Positions 63,605-64,000 of a stretch of 64,000 nucleotides of DNA are shown piece by piece (within the stretch, counting starts at the first letter, position 1; each line of letters begins with the position of its first letter). The position numbers were made by a program, and so were the translations under genes. This stretch comes from Epiperipatus broadwayi (Eukaryota > Animalia > Onychophora): NCBI GenBank assembly GCA_028023455.1, contig JAQFVV010000005.1:8742001-8806000 (forward strand), given 5' to 3'. The notes under the pieces are model-generated. The model did not search any database, had not been told where the DNA came from, and was given only the letters and a program-made list of their open reading frames with translations.

Positions 63605-64000
63605 ATTTGATTCTATGTATTTTACTTATAGAGGTAATTTTTATAAGATTAAGGAAGGGTGAATAATAGGTTATATTATTTCTCCTTTAGTATGTTCAGT
63701 TTATATTAGTTTTATGGAAGAGGAAATTATTATTAAAAAGAATTTTTATATGTTAAGTTATTTGTCAGATATGTTAATGAATGTTTATTTGTAGTTGAGA
63801 GTGATAAATTGAAGGAATTTGTAAATGAGTTTAATTGTTTTGATCCTTCTATAAGATATGTGTTAGAAGGAGGGGGTTAGATTTTGGTAAGTTAAAATTT
63901 TTAGATCTTTTGGTGATTAGAAATATAGAAACTAATTGTTTATTGTGCAGTCATTTAGTTAAAAGTAAAGAATTAAGATCTATAATTAAACCTGATAGCT
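63605..64000 (+). mobile_element. PLE reverse transcriptase core relic (runs off the window)
   Basis: MYFTYRGNFYKIKEG*IIGYIISPLVCSVYISFMEEEI, a frameshift, then KLFVRYVNECLFV..KLKEFVNEFNCFDPSIRYVLE..NFLDLLVIRN. This matches the PLE RT motif order (YF.F.G.FY.Q..G..MG.PLSP, +RY+DD, FLD). Confidence 0.8.

Overview
This is AT-rich, CpG-depleted eukaryotic genomic DNA, probably from an invertebrate animal (inferred from composition and element families), and it is mostly decayed repeats. One intact host-type CDS is supported: a 639-aa C2H2 zinc-finger protein (41861-43780), preceded by about 11-12 ruined fingers. Transposon relics include RTE, L1/Tx1-like and other LINEs, Ty3/Gypsy (one with both LTRs), mariner, hAT/Buster, MITEs, a tRNA-derived SINE and several Penelope-like element (PLE) ORF fragments. 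The most interesting content is nine type I hammerhead-ribozyme motifs in two non-coding repeat families with monomers of about 370 and 430 nt, arranged as tandem and inverted copies like retrozymes or PLE pseudo-LTRs. All have minimal stem III, palindromic in eight, and long extensions of stem I. Eight of the nine have an unusual A.A or C.A mismatch at the base of stem II, and the ribozyme cassette appears to have been swapped between families. Other observations are asymmetric CpG decay between the two LTRs of one Gypsy element, a zinc-finger ORF that seems to restart at an out-of-frame ATG, and a 3.1-kb indel-riddled duplication that may be an assembly artefact. All alignments, folds and family assignments were done by eye, and element boundaries are approximate unless a motif is quoted.
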